NCBI GenBank assembly: GCA_021613535.1
Contig: CP075496.1
Coordinates: forward strand, 1,674,001-1,738,000
Source: Adineta vaga
Taxonomy: Eukaryota; Animalia; Rotifera
Length of the DNA: 64,000 nucleotides
Direction: 5' to 3'
In this document: in pieces, positions 52,515 through 64,000 of the stretch
How positions within the stretch are numbered: position 1 is the first letter of the stretch
Layout of the letters: every line of letters begins with the position of its first letter
Notes under the pieces: generated by a model
Databases searched by the model: none
Seen by the model: the letters and a program-made list of their open reading frames with translations, nothing else
What the model was told of the DNA's origin: nothing
Translations under genes and position numbers: made by a program

Positions 52515-55500
52515 ATGAATTCCTATTCATCATCATCTTCTTCGGAAGTCTTATTCAAACGATTTCGTCTTTGGAAACGACAATATCTTCATGTTGTGAT
52601 CTATACATCTTTATTTTGGATCTTTCTTGATGTATTTTTTATTATGCTATTTTCTGATTGTACGAAAGAAGTACTTCTTCCATGTCCATCAGCTTCTTCA
52701 AATGAAAATGTCGATGTAATTAAATCTGCTGAAGACATTCGTATTCGACATCCGAAATTTCAAAATAATGGAATCTATCAACGAAATCAAACGATATCAG
52801 AACGAAGTAATCTAATAAATAAAAAGAAAATCAAACAAATGAAAGATTCCGGAGGAGGTTTTATAAAAAAATGGTTTGGATCAGGTTTGAAATGAACTTT
52901 TAAAAATAAAAGACAGACATTTTCTTCGTTATTTACAGATGGAAATCCATCGCATTGGCCAGGCGAAGGCGGTCGTGCTGTTGTTATACCGGAAAACTTA
53001 AAACAAGACGCAAAAAATCGTTTTAAAGAAAATCAATTCAATATTGTTGCATCTGATCTAATGGCTTTGAATCGATCAATCAATGATCAAAGATCATCAA
53101 AGTAAATTGTTATTTTTCTTGTAATGAAATATTCTTCAATCGTTTCTTTCGTTTTCAGATGTCGATCTCATGTATTTCCACCAGATTTACCAACAACATC
53201 GATTATAATTGTTTTTCATAATGAAGGAAATTCGACATTATTACGAACATTAACAAGTATTGTTGGTAAAAGTCCAATTGAATATATTCATGAGATTATT
53301 ATGGTCGATGATGCAAGTGTTGATCGAGGTAGAATTGAAAAATATTTTCGTTATTTTTTTATGTAATTTTCTTTTCATGCTATAGAATATCTCAAAGATA
53401 CATTGGAAACGTTTGTTAAAGAATTACCAGTTCGTGTTCAAATTCTACGAAATACTCAACGATTAGGTTTAATGAAATCTCGTTTGAAAGGTAAAGGAAA
53501 AAAGAATGCAAACGAATGATTGATTAGTTTGATTTTATATTCAGGTGCGGAAATAGCAACGGGTGACACTTTAACATTTCTTGATGCACATATTGAATGT
53601 TCACCGGGATGGTTGGAATATTTGTTATATGAAGTGAAAAAGGACAGGTTAGAGAGATTATCTATTATAAAGATTGAAATGAATTTCTTGTTTTAGAACC
53701 GCTGTTGTATGTCCGATTATTGATGTGATTAATGATGATGATTTTGCTTATCTAACTGGTAGTGATATGACTTGGGTAGGATTTTGTATTTTTAAGATAA
53801 AATAATTGTGATAAGTTTGAAAATTAATAGGGTGGATTTAATTGGCGATTGAATTTTCGATGGTATCCAGTACCAAATCGAGAAGAAGTTCGTCGAAATT
53901 ATGATCATTCCTTACCACTTTTGTAAGATTCAATTTGTTTTCTTATATTTAATTTATAATGTTTGTTAATAAAACTAGATCTCCAACAATGGCGGGCGGT
54001 TTATTTACAATCAATCGTGAATATTTCTATGAAATTGGTTCATACGATCCTGGAATGGAAGTATGGGGTGGAGAAAATTTAGAAATGTCATTTCGTGTTT
54101 GGCAATGTGGAGGCAAAGTTCTTATTCATCCATGTACGATAATTTAATCTTTATATTTGAAAATCGAAATCGAAATCGAAATTGATGATTTTAGGTAGTC
54201 ATGTTGGTCATGTTTTTCGTAAACAAACTCCATATACGTTTCCAGGTGGTACTGGCAAAGTTATCTTTCATAATAACAAACGTCTTGTTGAAGTATGGTT
54301 AGATAAATATAAAGATTTCGTTTATTCCATTATGCCTGGTTTGAATTTGATTATGAAATGAATGAATGAATTAATTGATTGATTGGTTGATTTTCTTTTC
54401 TATTAGAATTGAAAAATGTTGATGCAGGTGATGTATCCGAACGTCTTGCACTTCGTGAACGTCTTAAATGTAATGATTTTCGTTGGTATTTAAAAAATAT
54501 TTATCCTGAAAGTTCAATGCCGGTGGATTTTCATCATGTTGGAGCTGTAAGTTTGACTTAGACTTGAAAGTATTTGAGAGGTGTTTCCTTTTTTCTTCTT
54601 CTTTAAATTCAAATGCATTTCTTCTATCTCATACGAATAGCTGAAAAACGAAGCTCATGGTTGTGCCGATTCACTCGGTTATGACAGTGAGAATGGAGTC
54701 AATCAAAATGCCGGCATTTTTCCTTGTCATAATCAAGGCGGCAATCAGGTGTGTATACTAATATGTTTCTTTTAACTTATTTCAGATACGGAGTGGATCA
54801 AATTCTTGTCTATCATTTCGTTATGTTTACGGAAGTTCGAGAGCGAATCGAACGACTAGATTATATACAAAGACTTGTATTAATCGAAGTCATTCATCTA
54901 AGACAGCTGCTAATCAGGTCGGAAATATATGAGAATCATGTATGCTTGAATAATAGAATCTATTTATCTATCAATCATTGCATGAGAATCGATTTTTCAA
55001 GTTGATGTGAGAAAATATTTTATTTATGAATTAGACGCATGGATTACAATTGCACAAGATTGTGATTATATAGAATTAGAACAGTTATATGTATGAGAAA
55101 GACAATTTCCGAATGTTTTGTTTTTCGAATCAGTTGAAAATGAATTCTTTTATGCAAAGATTGATATATGATGGATGAATTACTAGCGAGTGAACCTATA
55201 TCTTATTCATTTATGCTACTTATCTGCCTTCCTAACTAGCTTCTCATATTTTACATAAGCTATATAACTAGAATTGAGTAGTCATTTTTATTATCGTTAC
55301 TATGATAGTACATCGAAGAATGATAATTTTCAAAGAAAGTATTTGAAGCTAAAAAGTATATTCAGATTCACAAATCGATATATCGACTAAAATTCCTTAT
55401 AGAAACATAGATTACAATCAGTAATTGTGTCGATGTTTATCTTTTTCTACAACTAATCATTATTCAATACATTTATTCTATAAGATTCATATGTAAAATA

Positions 55501-55900
55501 CATAATTTTGTGTAGATTGTGGTTTATTCAAAAAATGGTGAATTACGTTTTGATGATTTGTGTATGGAGAGTAGCAAAAATAGTGTTGTTAAATTACAAA
55601 AATGTATTGAAGGCAATCAAAAACAAGTTTGGAATTACAATAAAGAAGTAAATGAATCATTTCTTTTCTTTCTCATCCTTATAATTAATCAACAATCTTT
55701 CATTTAGTCAAAAGAAATGAAACATACATATTCCGATCAATGTCTTACTGTAGATTCAAGCAAAGACGATGGTAAACTACATCTTAGTAAGTGAATTTTT
55801 CAAAGTTTTTAAAGAAAATACAATGGAAATTATTTTAGTGCCATGTAAAGAAGGAGAAACGAATCAAAAATGGCATTTGGAGCAATCTATGTTAACTTAG
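52515..55900 (+). CDS. Polypeptide N-acetylgalactosaminyltransferase (GALNT1/13, pgant5-like)
   Basis: Type [26 protein letters not shown] (DxH), [44 protein letters not shown], and a C-terminal ricin-B lectin domain. Stop TAG at 55898-55900. Confidence 0.93.
54786..54917 (+). other. Predicted alternative (mutually exclusive) exon for the GalNAc-T lectin alpha subdomain
   Basis: TTTCAG|132 nt open in phase 0|GT, encoding [44 protein letters not shown]. It parallels exon 54641-54748 (two Cys, terminal NQ). Confidence 0.7.
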
Positions 55901-56683
55901 TTCACCTTTTCTCTTTCGTTTTTTTCTTCTTTTTGTTGAGAATGATACTCAAATTTTTTTTTTCATTGTTTCTATTTTTATTCATTTATTCTTGATGAAG
56001 AAAAGTTTTAACATTCCAAATTTTTGTCGAGAATTTCATCGAAGGAAAGTTTATGCCATCAACGATATTGTCAACGCGAGTTATCAAATTATTTTTCGCG
56101 AATTTCTTTTACCCTGTGTGGCAATAAATATTTATGAAACGAAGAAAAATATTATATCGAATCGATTTCTTTAATGTAATTACTAAAATTTGTTATTGCT
56201 TTCTTTCGTTCTTTTGTTATCTACTGTCTTTTACTCATTCATACCAATCCTTTACTTTCTATGGTCGTATTTTCTTGTGTTCATTTTTCTCCTCTTTTTT
56301 TCTGTTAAATCTTTCGAAAATATATATAGAGATATTTATTGCAAAGTCCTCTTCAAGATATTTTATGAATCATAATGACGATGTATAGTGTCATCTGTTG
56401 ACGGGTGGTTTTCATTGTAGTACAAATGATAGCCACATGGTTATTTCTTTTCGCTTCGTCTGAAATTTAAAATAGTCATACTTATGAAGGAATTCTAATG
56501 AAGATTTATTTGCTCTTTAATACGGCTTTCATAAGAACATAGCGATATGGTATATGATCATGAATTGTTTTACGTTTTCAGCTCATTTCCTAGGGACTTT
56601 TTCGTTAAATATACTCGATGAACTTTATTACACATTCACGATGTGACTTTCCTTTATTTTCTATTTTCTAGATTTGAAACATA

Positions 56684-58023
56684 ATGGATACAGTTAAAGA
56701 TACTTTCAACTCTCTTCTTGGTCGGAAACCAACTGGACCTAAAATTCGTTATGGTGTCGTAGCTGCTGGATGGATTACACAAGCTGCATTTATTCCAGGT
56801 GTTGGACAAACATCGAATTCAGGTACTATTATCAACTCATGCTATTGTTTAACATAAGAAAAACAATTTCTGTTTTCAGTTGTAACTGTCTTAATCAGTG
56901 ATGATGCTGAAAAACGTGAAAAACTTGGCAAAGAATATAACTTAAAATCTTACTCCTACAATCAATTCTCACAAGCACTTGCAGAAGGACATTGTGATGC
57001 TTTCTATATTGCAACACCTAACAATCAACATAGAAAATTTGCTGTTCCAGCTCTCGAACAAGGTTATCATGTATTACTTGAAAAGCCCATGGAAGTTTCA
57101 ATTGAAGATTGTGAAGCAATCTTAGAAGCACAAAAGAAAAGTGGTGCAAAACTAATGATTGCATATCGTCTTCATCATGAACCTGGTACACTTGATGTGA
57201 TTGATCGTGTTCGAAAAGGAGATTTTGGTGATCCACGAATCTTTTCATCTGTATTTACACAAGATTTAAAACCGGAAAATCATCGTGCTAAACAAGGTTA
57301 GTATTTATCTAATAATTGAATTATGAAACAACGGATAATATGTTTAGGTTATGATGCTGGTCCAATTCCAGATATGGGAACATATCCAATCAATGCTGTA
57401 CGAAATATTTTTGGTTTAGAACCAACTGAAGTTACAGCTATTGGATTCAAAACTCCAGGTCGCGAGTTTTTGAAAATGGACCATGACACTGTCACTGTTA
57501 CACTTCGATTTCCTGGTGATCGTGTAGCTCAATTTACTGCTGGTTATGCTTCTGCAGGAACCGAAGGTTATAAAGTTGTCGGTACTAAAGGTAGAATAAC
57601 TCATGAGTTTCGCGGTCATATTTAAAAACATATTCATTTTTTTTCTCGTCTATAGGTGACATTGAAGTGAATCCTTCGTATGGATTTGGTAGTGGTGTGA
57701 AGATTGCTTATAAAACAAAGATCAATGGCAAAGAAGATTCGAAAACATTTCCCGAAACTGATCATTTCGGTGGTGAAACTGAATATTTCTCTGAATGTAT
57801 TTTGAACAATATTGATCCTGAAGCTGATGGTGAAGACGGTCTGAATGATGTACGAGTAATTGTTGCAATCAAAGAATCACTTGATGGTAACGGTAAAACA
57901 GTAAAGATCAAATCAAATGAACGAAAGAAACGACCAGTAATGGAACAAGCGAAGAAACTATCTTTGGGCAAAGAACCAAAGGTTCTCGTCGGTCGAGATT
58001 CACAAAAACCAGGCGCCAATTAA
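56684..58023 (+). CDS. Gfo/Idh/MocA oxidoreductase (glucose-fructose oxidoreductase-like), copy 1
   Basis: KIRYGVVAAGWI Rossmann start, YIATPN, HVLLEKPM, LMIAYRLH, DMGTYPIN and TDHFGGETEYFSECI. Introns 56823-56879, 57297-57347 and 57591-57655. Confidence 0.9.
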
Positions 58024-58649
58024 ATGATAATCATTTTTATATATATACTATAAATTTTTATGTTTTAAAAACTAGTTTTATAATAAACAAGCACGAAGTG
58101 ATAAATTTGATTAAAATCTAAGAAGTTTCGATAGAATTTCAAGTAAATAATAGAGGTGCAAACAAATGATTCGGTTTATTTCAAGTTCATCTGTGAATGT
58201 GAAATAGCTCGTAGTAGAAAACAAGTTTTTTCTGAATGAATTTGAATGAATTGAACAAGATAAGTTAATTATATTGATTATGAGCCATAAGGGACATGTA
58301 AATTACTTATGAGTAACATATGTTTCTTACATAGACTGGTAGACAGAATGACACGTGTACAGCTACACGAGCGGAGAACAACGAGTAAAAAAGACTTATT
58401 CCGTTTTCTGTTAAAATATTATTCAGTTATGGTCTCTACTCTAGATCTGTAACGTAGTTCATCAATACAACGAATATGAATATAGTATTTAATTAGCATT
58501 CATTAATTTTAATTGCTTGTAACCGTCGATCCACATTTAATGTGCAAAGAACTATACGGTACGTACTGATCAAAAATGCACTCTGTTAACCTTTTCGAAT
58601 AAATATCATTTCTTCGCATACTTATTCATTCTTGTGAATTTATATCGTC

Positions 58650-60011
58650 ATGGATACAGTTAAAGATGCTGTCAATTCTCTCTTGGGTCGTAAACCAACT
58701 GGACTTAAAATTCGTTATGGTGTCATAGCTGCTGGATGGATTAGTCAAAGTTCATTTATGCCTGGTGTTGGACAAACATCGAATTCAGGTATATTTAGAT
58801 CTTTCTTCTTAAAAAAATATATAACAAGTTATTCTTCTGTTCTAGAGTTGACTGTCTTGGTCAGTGACGATGCTGAAAAACGTGAAAAACTTGGCAAAGA
58901 ATATAACTTAAAATCTTACTCCTACAATCAATTCTCACAAGCACTTGCAGAAGGACATTGTGATGCTTTCTATATTGCAACACCTAACAATCAACATAGA
59001 AAATTTGCTGTTCCAGCTCTCGAACAAGGTTATCATGTATTACTTGAAAAGCCCATGGAAGTTTCAATTGAAGATTGTGAAGCAATCTTAGAAGCACAAA
59101 AGAAAAGTGGTGCAAAACTAATGATTGCATATCGTCTTCATCATGAACCTGGTACACTTGATGTGATTGATCGTGTTCGAAAAGGAGATTTTGGTGATCC
59201 ACGAATCTTTTCATCTGTATTTACACAAGATTTAAAACCGGAAAATCATCGAGCTAAACAAGGTAAAGTCTTATATGCATCTTCTCAAGAAAGGATGATC
59301 GTATTATTTGTACATTTGATGTTTAGGGTTTGATGTCGGTCCAATTCCAGATATGGGAACATATCCAATCAATGCTGTACGAAATATTTTTGGTTTAGAA
59401 CCAACTGAAGTTACAGCTATTGGATTCAAAACTCCTGGTCGCGAAGATTTGAAAATGGATCATGATACTATCAATGTTACACTTCGATTCCCTGGTGATC
59501 GTGTAGCTCAATTTGTTGTAGGATATGCTGCTGCCGGAGCTGATTGTTATAAAGTTGTTGGTAGTAAAGGTATGATATTTTTATTTCGTATTTATTCAGT
59601 AAATAGATTGCATAATGCTTGATTGTTTCCTTCTTCTTATCAGGTGATATTACAGTCAATCCTGCTTTCATGTGGGGTAATGGTGTAAAAATTGCCTATG
59701 AAACAAAGATCAATGGGAAAGAAGATTCGAAAACGTTTCCCGAAACTGATCATTTCGGTGGTGAAACTGAATATTTCTCTGAATGTATTTTGAACAATAT
59801 TAATCCTGAAGCTGATGGTGACGAAGGTTTGAATGATGTACGAGTAATTGTTGCGATCAAAGAATCACTTGATGGTAACGGTAAAACAGTAAAGATCAAA
59901 TCAAATGAACGAAAGAAACGACCAGTATTAGATCAAGCAAAGAAGTTATCTTTGGCCAAAGAACCAAAAATTTTCATTGGTCGAGATTCACAAAAACCAT
60001 CATCCAGTTAA
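58650..60011 (+). CDS. Gfo/Idh/MocA oxidoreductase, tandem copy 2
   Basis: Same motifs and the same three intron positions as copy 1, offset by 1966 nt over exons 1-2. Confidence 0.9.
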
Positions 60012-60841
60012 ACTGTATTTTATGAGAATAAAAATCTTTTTTGTTAGCTTTTAAGATTAGTTTTTTAATAAACAAGCTTCGGTAATTAATATAGTGTACT
60101 TTGTTTGGAAAGATAGAACATCAAAGATGATGCATTTCAAATCTTTCGTGTGTAAAAAAAATCTATTTCGAATGTTGTATCTTCTTTCTATCAATATGTA
60201 CGGTACGCAAACACTTTCATTCTTGCATTTCGAATGTTTTTCTAAGCTTTGCAAATATTTTTTCTTGTTAATAGATTACTTTTGAATTGAGATGGTTCTA
60301 TTTCGATTTCTTTTACTGATCGATAGTCATGTTATATACTCTATTTTCCTGATTAATCAATAGAATCTACTTGCTAGTCTCTCGGCAATATTATCTTGAC
60401 GATATGACTCATTTGATCTCGTTCAAAACATGACTCACAAGATAATAATACTTATAAATACAAACGAAATAGTTTGTGTCCTTCATTCATATCGTACGTA
60501 ATTAACATTATTCTACCTATTTTACGGTCTATATTTACCTATACGAAATTTGTCACGTGTCCAAAGGTTTTTCACAGTCTCGATATAAATAATAAAACAA
60601 CGTCACCGTTGTTAACGAAATATAGACATAAGAAAAAGACCATTGAGTAAAGAGAAGAAAGAAAGAAAAAGAGAAAGAATATAAACAAAAAAGTAGAATT
60701 ATTTGTCGATGCAGGTTTTTCTTTTACATGACTCAGATTTTTTTCTCTTAATATTATCGAAACAAAATATACATTTTTAAAAATAAAGTTAATTTCATTT
60801 TTCAATAGATTTTCGTGAACTAATCTGTGATTATTCTATTA

Positions 60842-61492
60842 ATGTCTTCTAATGCTCGAATAGCTAGAAATCTTGATGTTCCTATCAATCCTGATCCAAA
60901 TTCTGCTTCTCAACCATCAACAAAACCAAGTTCTTGGAAAGCATTTACTGAAACTTCTTGTTTTAAATATACAAAACTTACTTTAATTGTTATTTATGCA
61001 TTGAATATTGTTGCCTGGGGTGGTATGTTATTTCTTATATTAGTCGGTGCAGCAAATAATTCGATGCCAAATGAACAAACACGAAAGATTTGGATCGAAA
61101 TTGATTCACAAATTCTCAATGCTTTATTTTGTGTCACAGGTATTGGTCTTATTCCATGGCGTGTACGTGATCTTTATCAAGTTTATAGAGAAAAACATCG
61201 ACGTAAAGTTTTCCATCGTCATTCCTATACAACTGATCTAAGATGGATTCGAGTAATTATTTGGACTTTTATTGCGAATTCTTTATTTCAAATTGGTATG
61301 GCTGTTTGTATGTGGTCAATGGATATGTACACAAGACCTAGTTGGCTAGTTGGATTATTTGTTGGATTAGGTTGTGTATCGGGAATGTTTGCTGGTCTAG
61401 CACAATTTATACTTGGACGACAAATGAAAAAAAGAACGAAAACAGAACAAGAAAGTACTAATATAATAGATAATAACGAAAATGTAGTATAA
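60842..61492 (+). CDS. DUF2985-family multi-pass membrane protein, fungal type, intronless
   Basis: IYALNIVAWGGMLFL...RKIWIEIDSQILNALFCVTGIGLIPWRVRDLY...NSLFQIGMA...RPSWLVG, with four hydrophobic segments. Confidence 0.8.
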   Translation: MSSNARIARNLDVPINPDPNSASQPSTKPSSWKAFTETSCFKYTKLTLIVIYALNIVAWGGMLFLILVGAANNSMPNEQTRKIWIEIDSQILNALFCVTGIGLIPWRVRDLYQVYREKHRRKVFHRHSYTTDLRWIRVIIWTFIANSLFQIGMAVCMWSMDMYTRPSWLVGLFVGLGCVSGMFAGLAQFILGRQMKKRTKTEQESTNIIDNNENVV

Positions 61493-62362
61493 GTAAATAA
61501 ACGAATGAGTTGATGATATCTCATCAAGGGAGGAAAATTGGATCGTGAAATGAACATTTGATAGAAGTCAAAACTATATTCAAAATTATTTGAATTCATA
61601 CGTATATATTAATTTCTTTAAGACTTACTAAAGTTCATCTATCCCAGCGATAGTTCGTACAAGCACAAGGTGGATCCAATTTTGCATTCTTGTATTCTCA
61701 TTATATATTGAATTCATATGTTCAATCGAATATGAATACAGAATGGAAAACTTATTCTAATCGTTCTCAATCAATAAAACAAAGTCAACAATACGTCGTG
61801 AAAATCCGATTTCATTCAGTCATTATCAACAATGAGTCATGTCTTTGTGATCATTGTTCATCCTTGCGTTCTTAAATATCAAACTAGTACTAATCATTGG
61901 CAACGAATTGTATTCTTGTTACATCACACATACAAGTTAAACGATGTTTCAATCAAATACTATTCGAGAAAGACTATTCATCAATTTCCAATCAAAACAA
62001 AAATCTCTATTGTACGATACAAACATTATTTTATTCTCTAATTCACTGAATATTCATTCATCTTTGAAGTACATTATATAGAACTCTGTAATTCATGACT
62101 TTTTATTCAATTCTTCGCATTGAAAAAGTCATAAAGAAAGATTTTCGTACATAGTTTAATGTATATTAAAAAAGGTATTTTCTTCTCATTTGTACCTCAT
62201 TATTCTTCTCTTAGATTGCTAATGCGATGTTTTTTTACAATAATAAAAACATTGTCCACCTACATAATTCCATTTAGTAAAAAACCGTTTTTATTTCTCT
62301 CTTTCATCTTTATTACTTCTTATATTCATTCCAAATTCGATCGTTTGATTCTCATTCGAAAA

Positions 62363-64000
62363 ATGTCTTCATGTCTGGTGATAATCATTCTAATTCATAT
62401 CTGTTTACATCGTTCCGAAGCTTCTCCTTGTTCGGAATTAGATCTTTCAACATCAAATAAGAATACAGATGAAAATTATTCAATTCAAACGGAAAAACTT
62501 CCATCAACAAATATTCTGAAAGTTTCATTAATAAAAAAATCTATTATTTCCGATACATCTTGGTTTCTTATGGGTGCAAGTGATTCATTGAAATTAGTTG
62601 GTTCATGGCAACCATTTACTCCTATGGATGGTCAAGTTATCGATTGTTCAAGTTCATCATCTCAAATTGTAACAAATGAAAATTCATTAGTAAGAAATTC
62701 TGATCAATTACAATATGCATTCTATTGGATTCCTCCAATATCATTGAATGAACCGATCGTTTTCGTGGCAACGATTTTCTATCGAAATGAAAAAACAACA
62801 ATGACACATATTCAAAGTTTACCAATTGAAATTAATCAAAATCGATATCAAGACGTTAGTCCAAGTAAGTTCCAAAAGAATTTTTGTATTGCAAGAAAAC
62901 ATAATCTTTTCTTTTCTAGCATTTTGCGATTCATCACCTTGTCTAAATGGTGGAACATGTATTCGTGATACACAATATTCATTTTGTCGATGTGTTGCAC
63001 CATGGAATGGTGTATTTTGTGCTCTTCGTAATTTCTTTCTATTTGAATGTTTTTTCTTTTAATATTCTCTTCTTTTTTTTCTCATAGAATATTTTCATAT
63101 GATGTTAGCAAGTACTCAACCATTTACAACAGAATTTTATTTTAATACACTTAATTCTCCATCTTATACGAACTTAACAACTTCATTAACTGCCTATTTA
63201 AATTCAGCATTTAGTACACTTCCAGCTAATCGAATTTATTCAATCAATTCTGTTTCGTAAATTCTTGGTTTTTTTTGTTTTGTTTTCTAAACTAAACTTT
63301 TCTTTTCTTTTTAGGCCAAGTCCCATTGGAACATATTTATCCATCAGTGTAGCATTAACACCAACGAGTGGTTTATATACTCCTGTAATTCTTTCAGCAC
63401 TTGCAACAGCTCTTGCTCGTAATAGTACAACACCATTTGGTCATCAATTATCAATTAGTCCAACATATATAAGTAATGCTGTAACACAAGATGGAACACC
63501 ATATACATGTAAATTGATAGTTTTATTTGAATGAAGAAGTATTTGATTTTGTATTGTTATCTTTTAGCTTGTGTATTTCCATATACATTCAATTTACTTG
63601 ATTATAATTTTTGTATTCCATATCAATCAAATTTTGTTTGCTCATCAACTCGTGTTATTGATAGAAATGCGACTCTTAGTAGTCTAGATTGTTCAAGAAA
63701 TAGTTCGTTCATTTGAATTATGTATACATTTAAAAAAAAACATTTTCTCCTCCTTTCTAGTCTTTAATTATATTACCAGAGATGTATGTTTTCCAAGTAT
63801 TTGTCTCAATGGTGGTACATGTGTGAACGTCAATGGAATTGCTACTTGTAATTGTCCGGCATACTTTACGGGTAGTCGTTGCGATCAATGTAAGTTTGAT
63901 TTGATCTATTTCATTATAATTCTTTTCTTTTGTAGTATATGGTTGTAATCCAGTAACAAATTCTCAAGCAGTTACATGTGCAAATGGTGCCACTTGTGTT
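62363..64000 (+). CDS. Secreted/surface protein with Reeler-like domain, EGF repeats and a possible SEA-like segment (3' end outside window)
   Basis: Signal peptide MSSCLVIIILIHICL; WFLMGA..VGSWQ..IDC..FYWIPP..IVFVATI (Reeler-like); EGF repeats CDSSPCLNGGTC...CRCVAPWNGVFC and CFPSICLNGGTC...CNCPAYFTGSRC. Confidence 0.75.

Noticed and set aside
55411-55492. Possible third lectin exon ([10 protein letters not shown]...) in the GalNAc-T intron
   Set aside because: Lacks the second Cys and terminal NQ and has intron-like composition.
57018-57248. Identical antisense ORFs at 57018-57248 and 58984-59214
   Set aside because: Shadow frames of the identical oxidoreductase exon, not separate genes.
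1-64000. Prokaryotic systems (CRISPR arrays, defence operons) or bacterial contamination
   Set aside because: No repeat-spacer arrays. The bacterial-type genes carry spliceosomal introns and are interleaved with metazoan genes.

Overview
Gene-dense, roughly 70% AT eukaryotic (animal) genomic DNA with many short (about 50-60 nt) GT-AG introns. The composition, intron size and mix of metazoan genes with intron-bearing bacterial/fungal-type genes suggest a bdelloid rotifer (Adineta/Rotaria-like); this is inference. About 26 protein-coding genes can be reconstructed by manual splicing. Recognisable genes are IQCB1/NPHP5, UMP-CMP kinase, a two-Tudor protein, an NR1J/HR96-like nuclear receptor, SLC5A7, a DUF547 protein, a C20orf96 homolog, FABP, UBAC1, an ADAR/ADAD-like deaminase, SNX13, TBC1D20, a polypeptide GalNAc-transferase and a Reeler/EGF protein. 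Five genes look horizontally acquired: a DUF3712/Tag1-like protein, bacterial-type MsrA, two tandem Gfo/Idh/MocA oxidoreductases and a DUF2985 protein. There are four main non-obvious signals. (1) A hidden, apparently mutually exclusive exon pair in the GalNAc-T lectin alpha subdomain (acidic versus strongly basic). (2) Operon-like co-directional gene pairs with ATG-proximal YAG|AT acceptors, consistent with spliced-leader trans-splicing, including foreign-looking msrA 71 nt behind the ADAR-like gene. (3) Exon-restricted sequence identity between the tandem oxidoreductase copies. (4) An 18-nt microexon in SNX13 and a possible poison exon in the ADAR-like gene. No rRNA, tRNA, CRISPR array or intact transposon was recognised. 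All family assignments come from motif recognition, not database searches.
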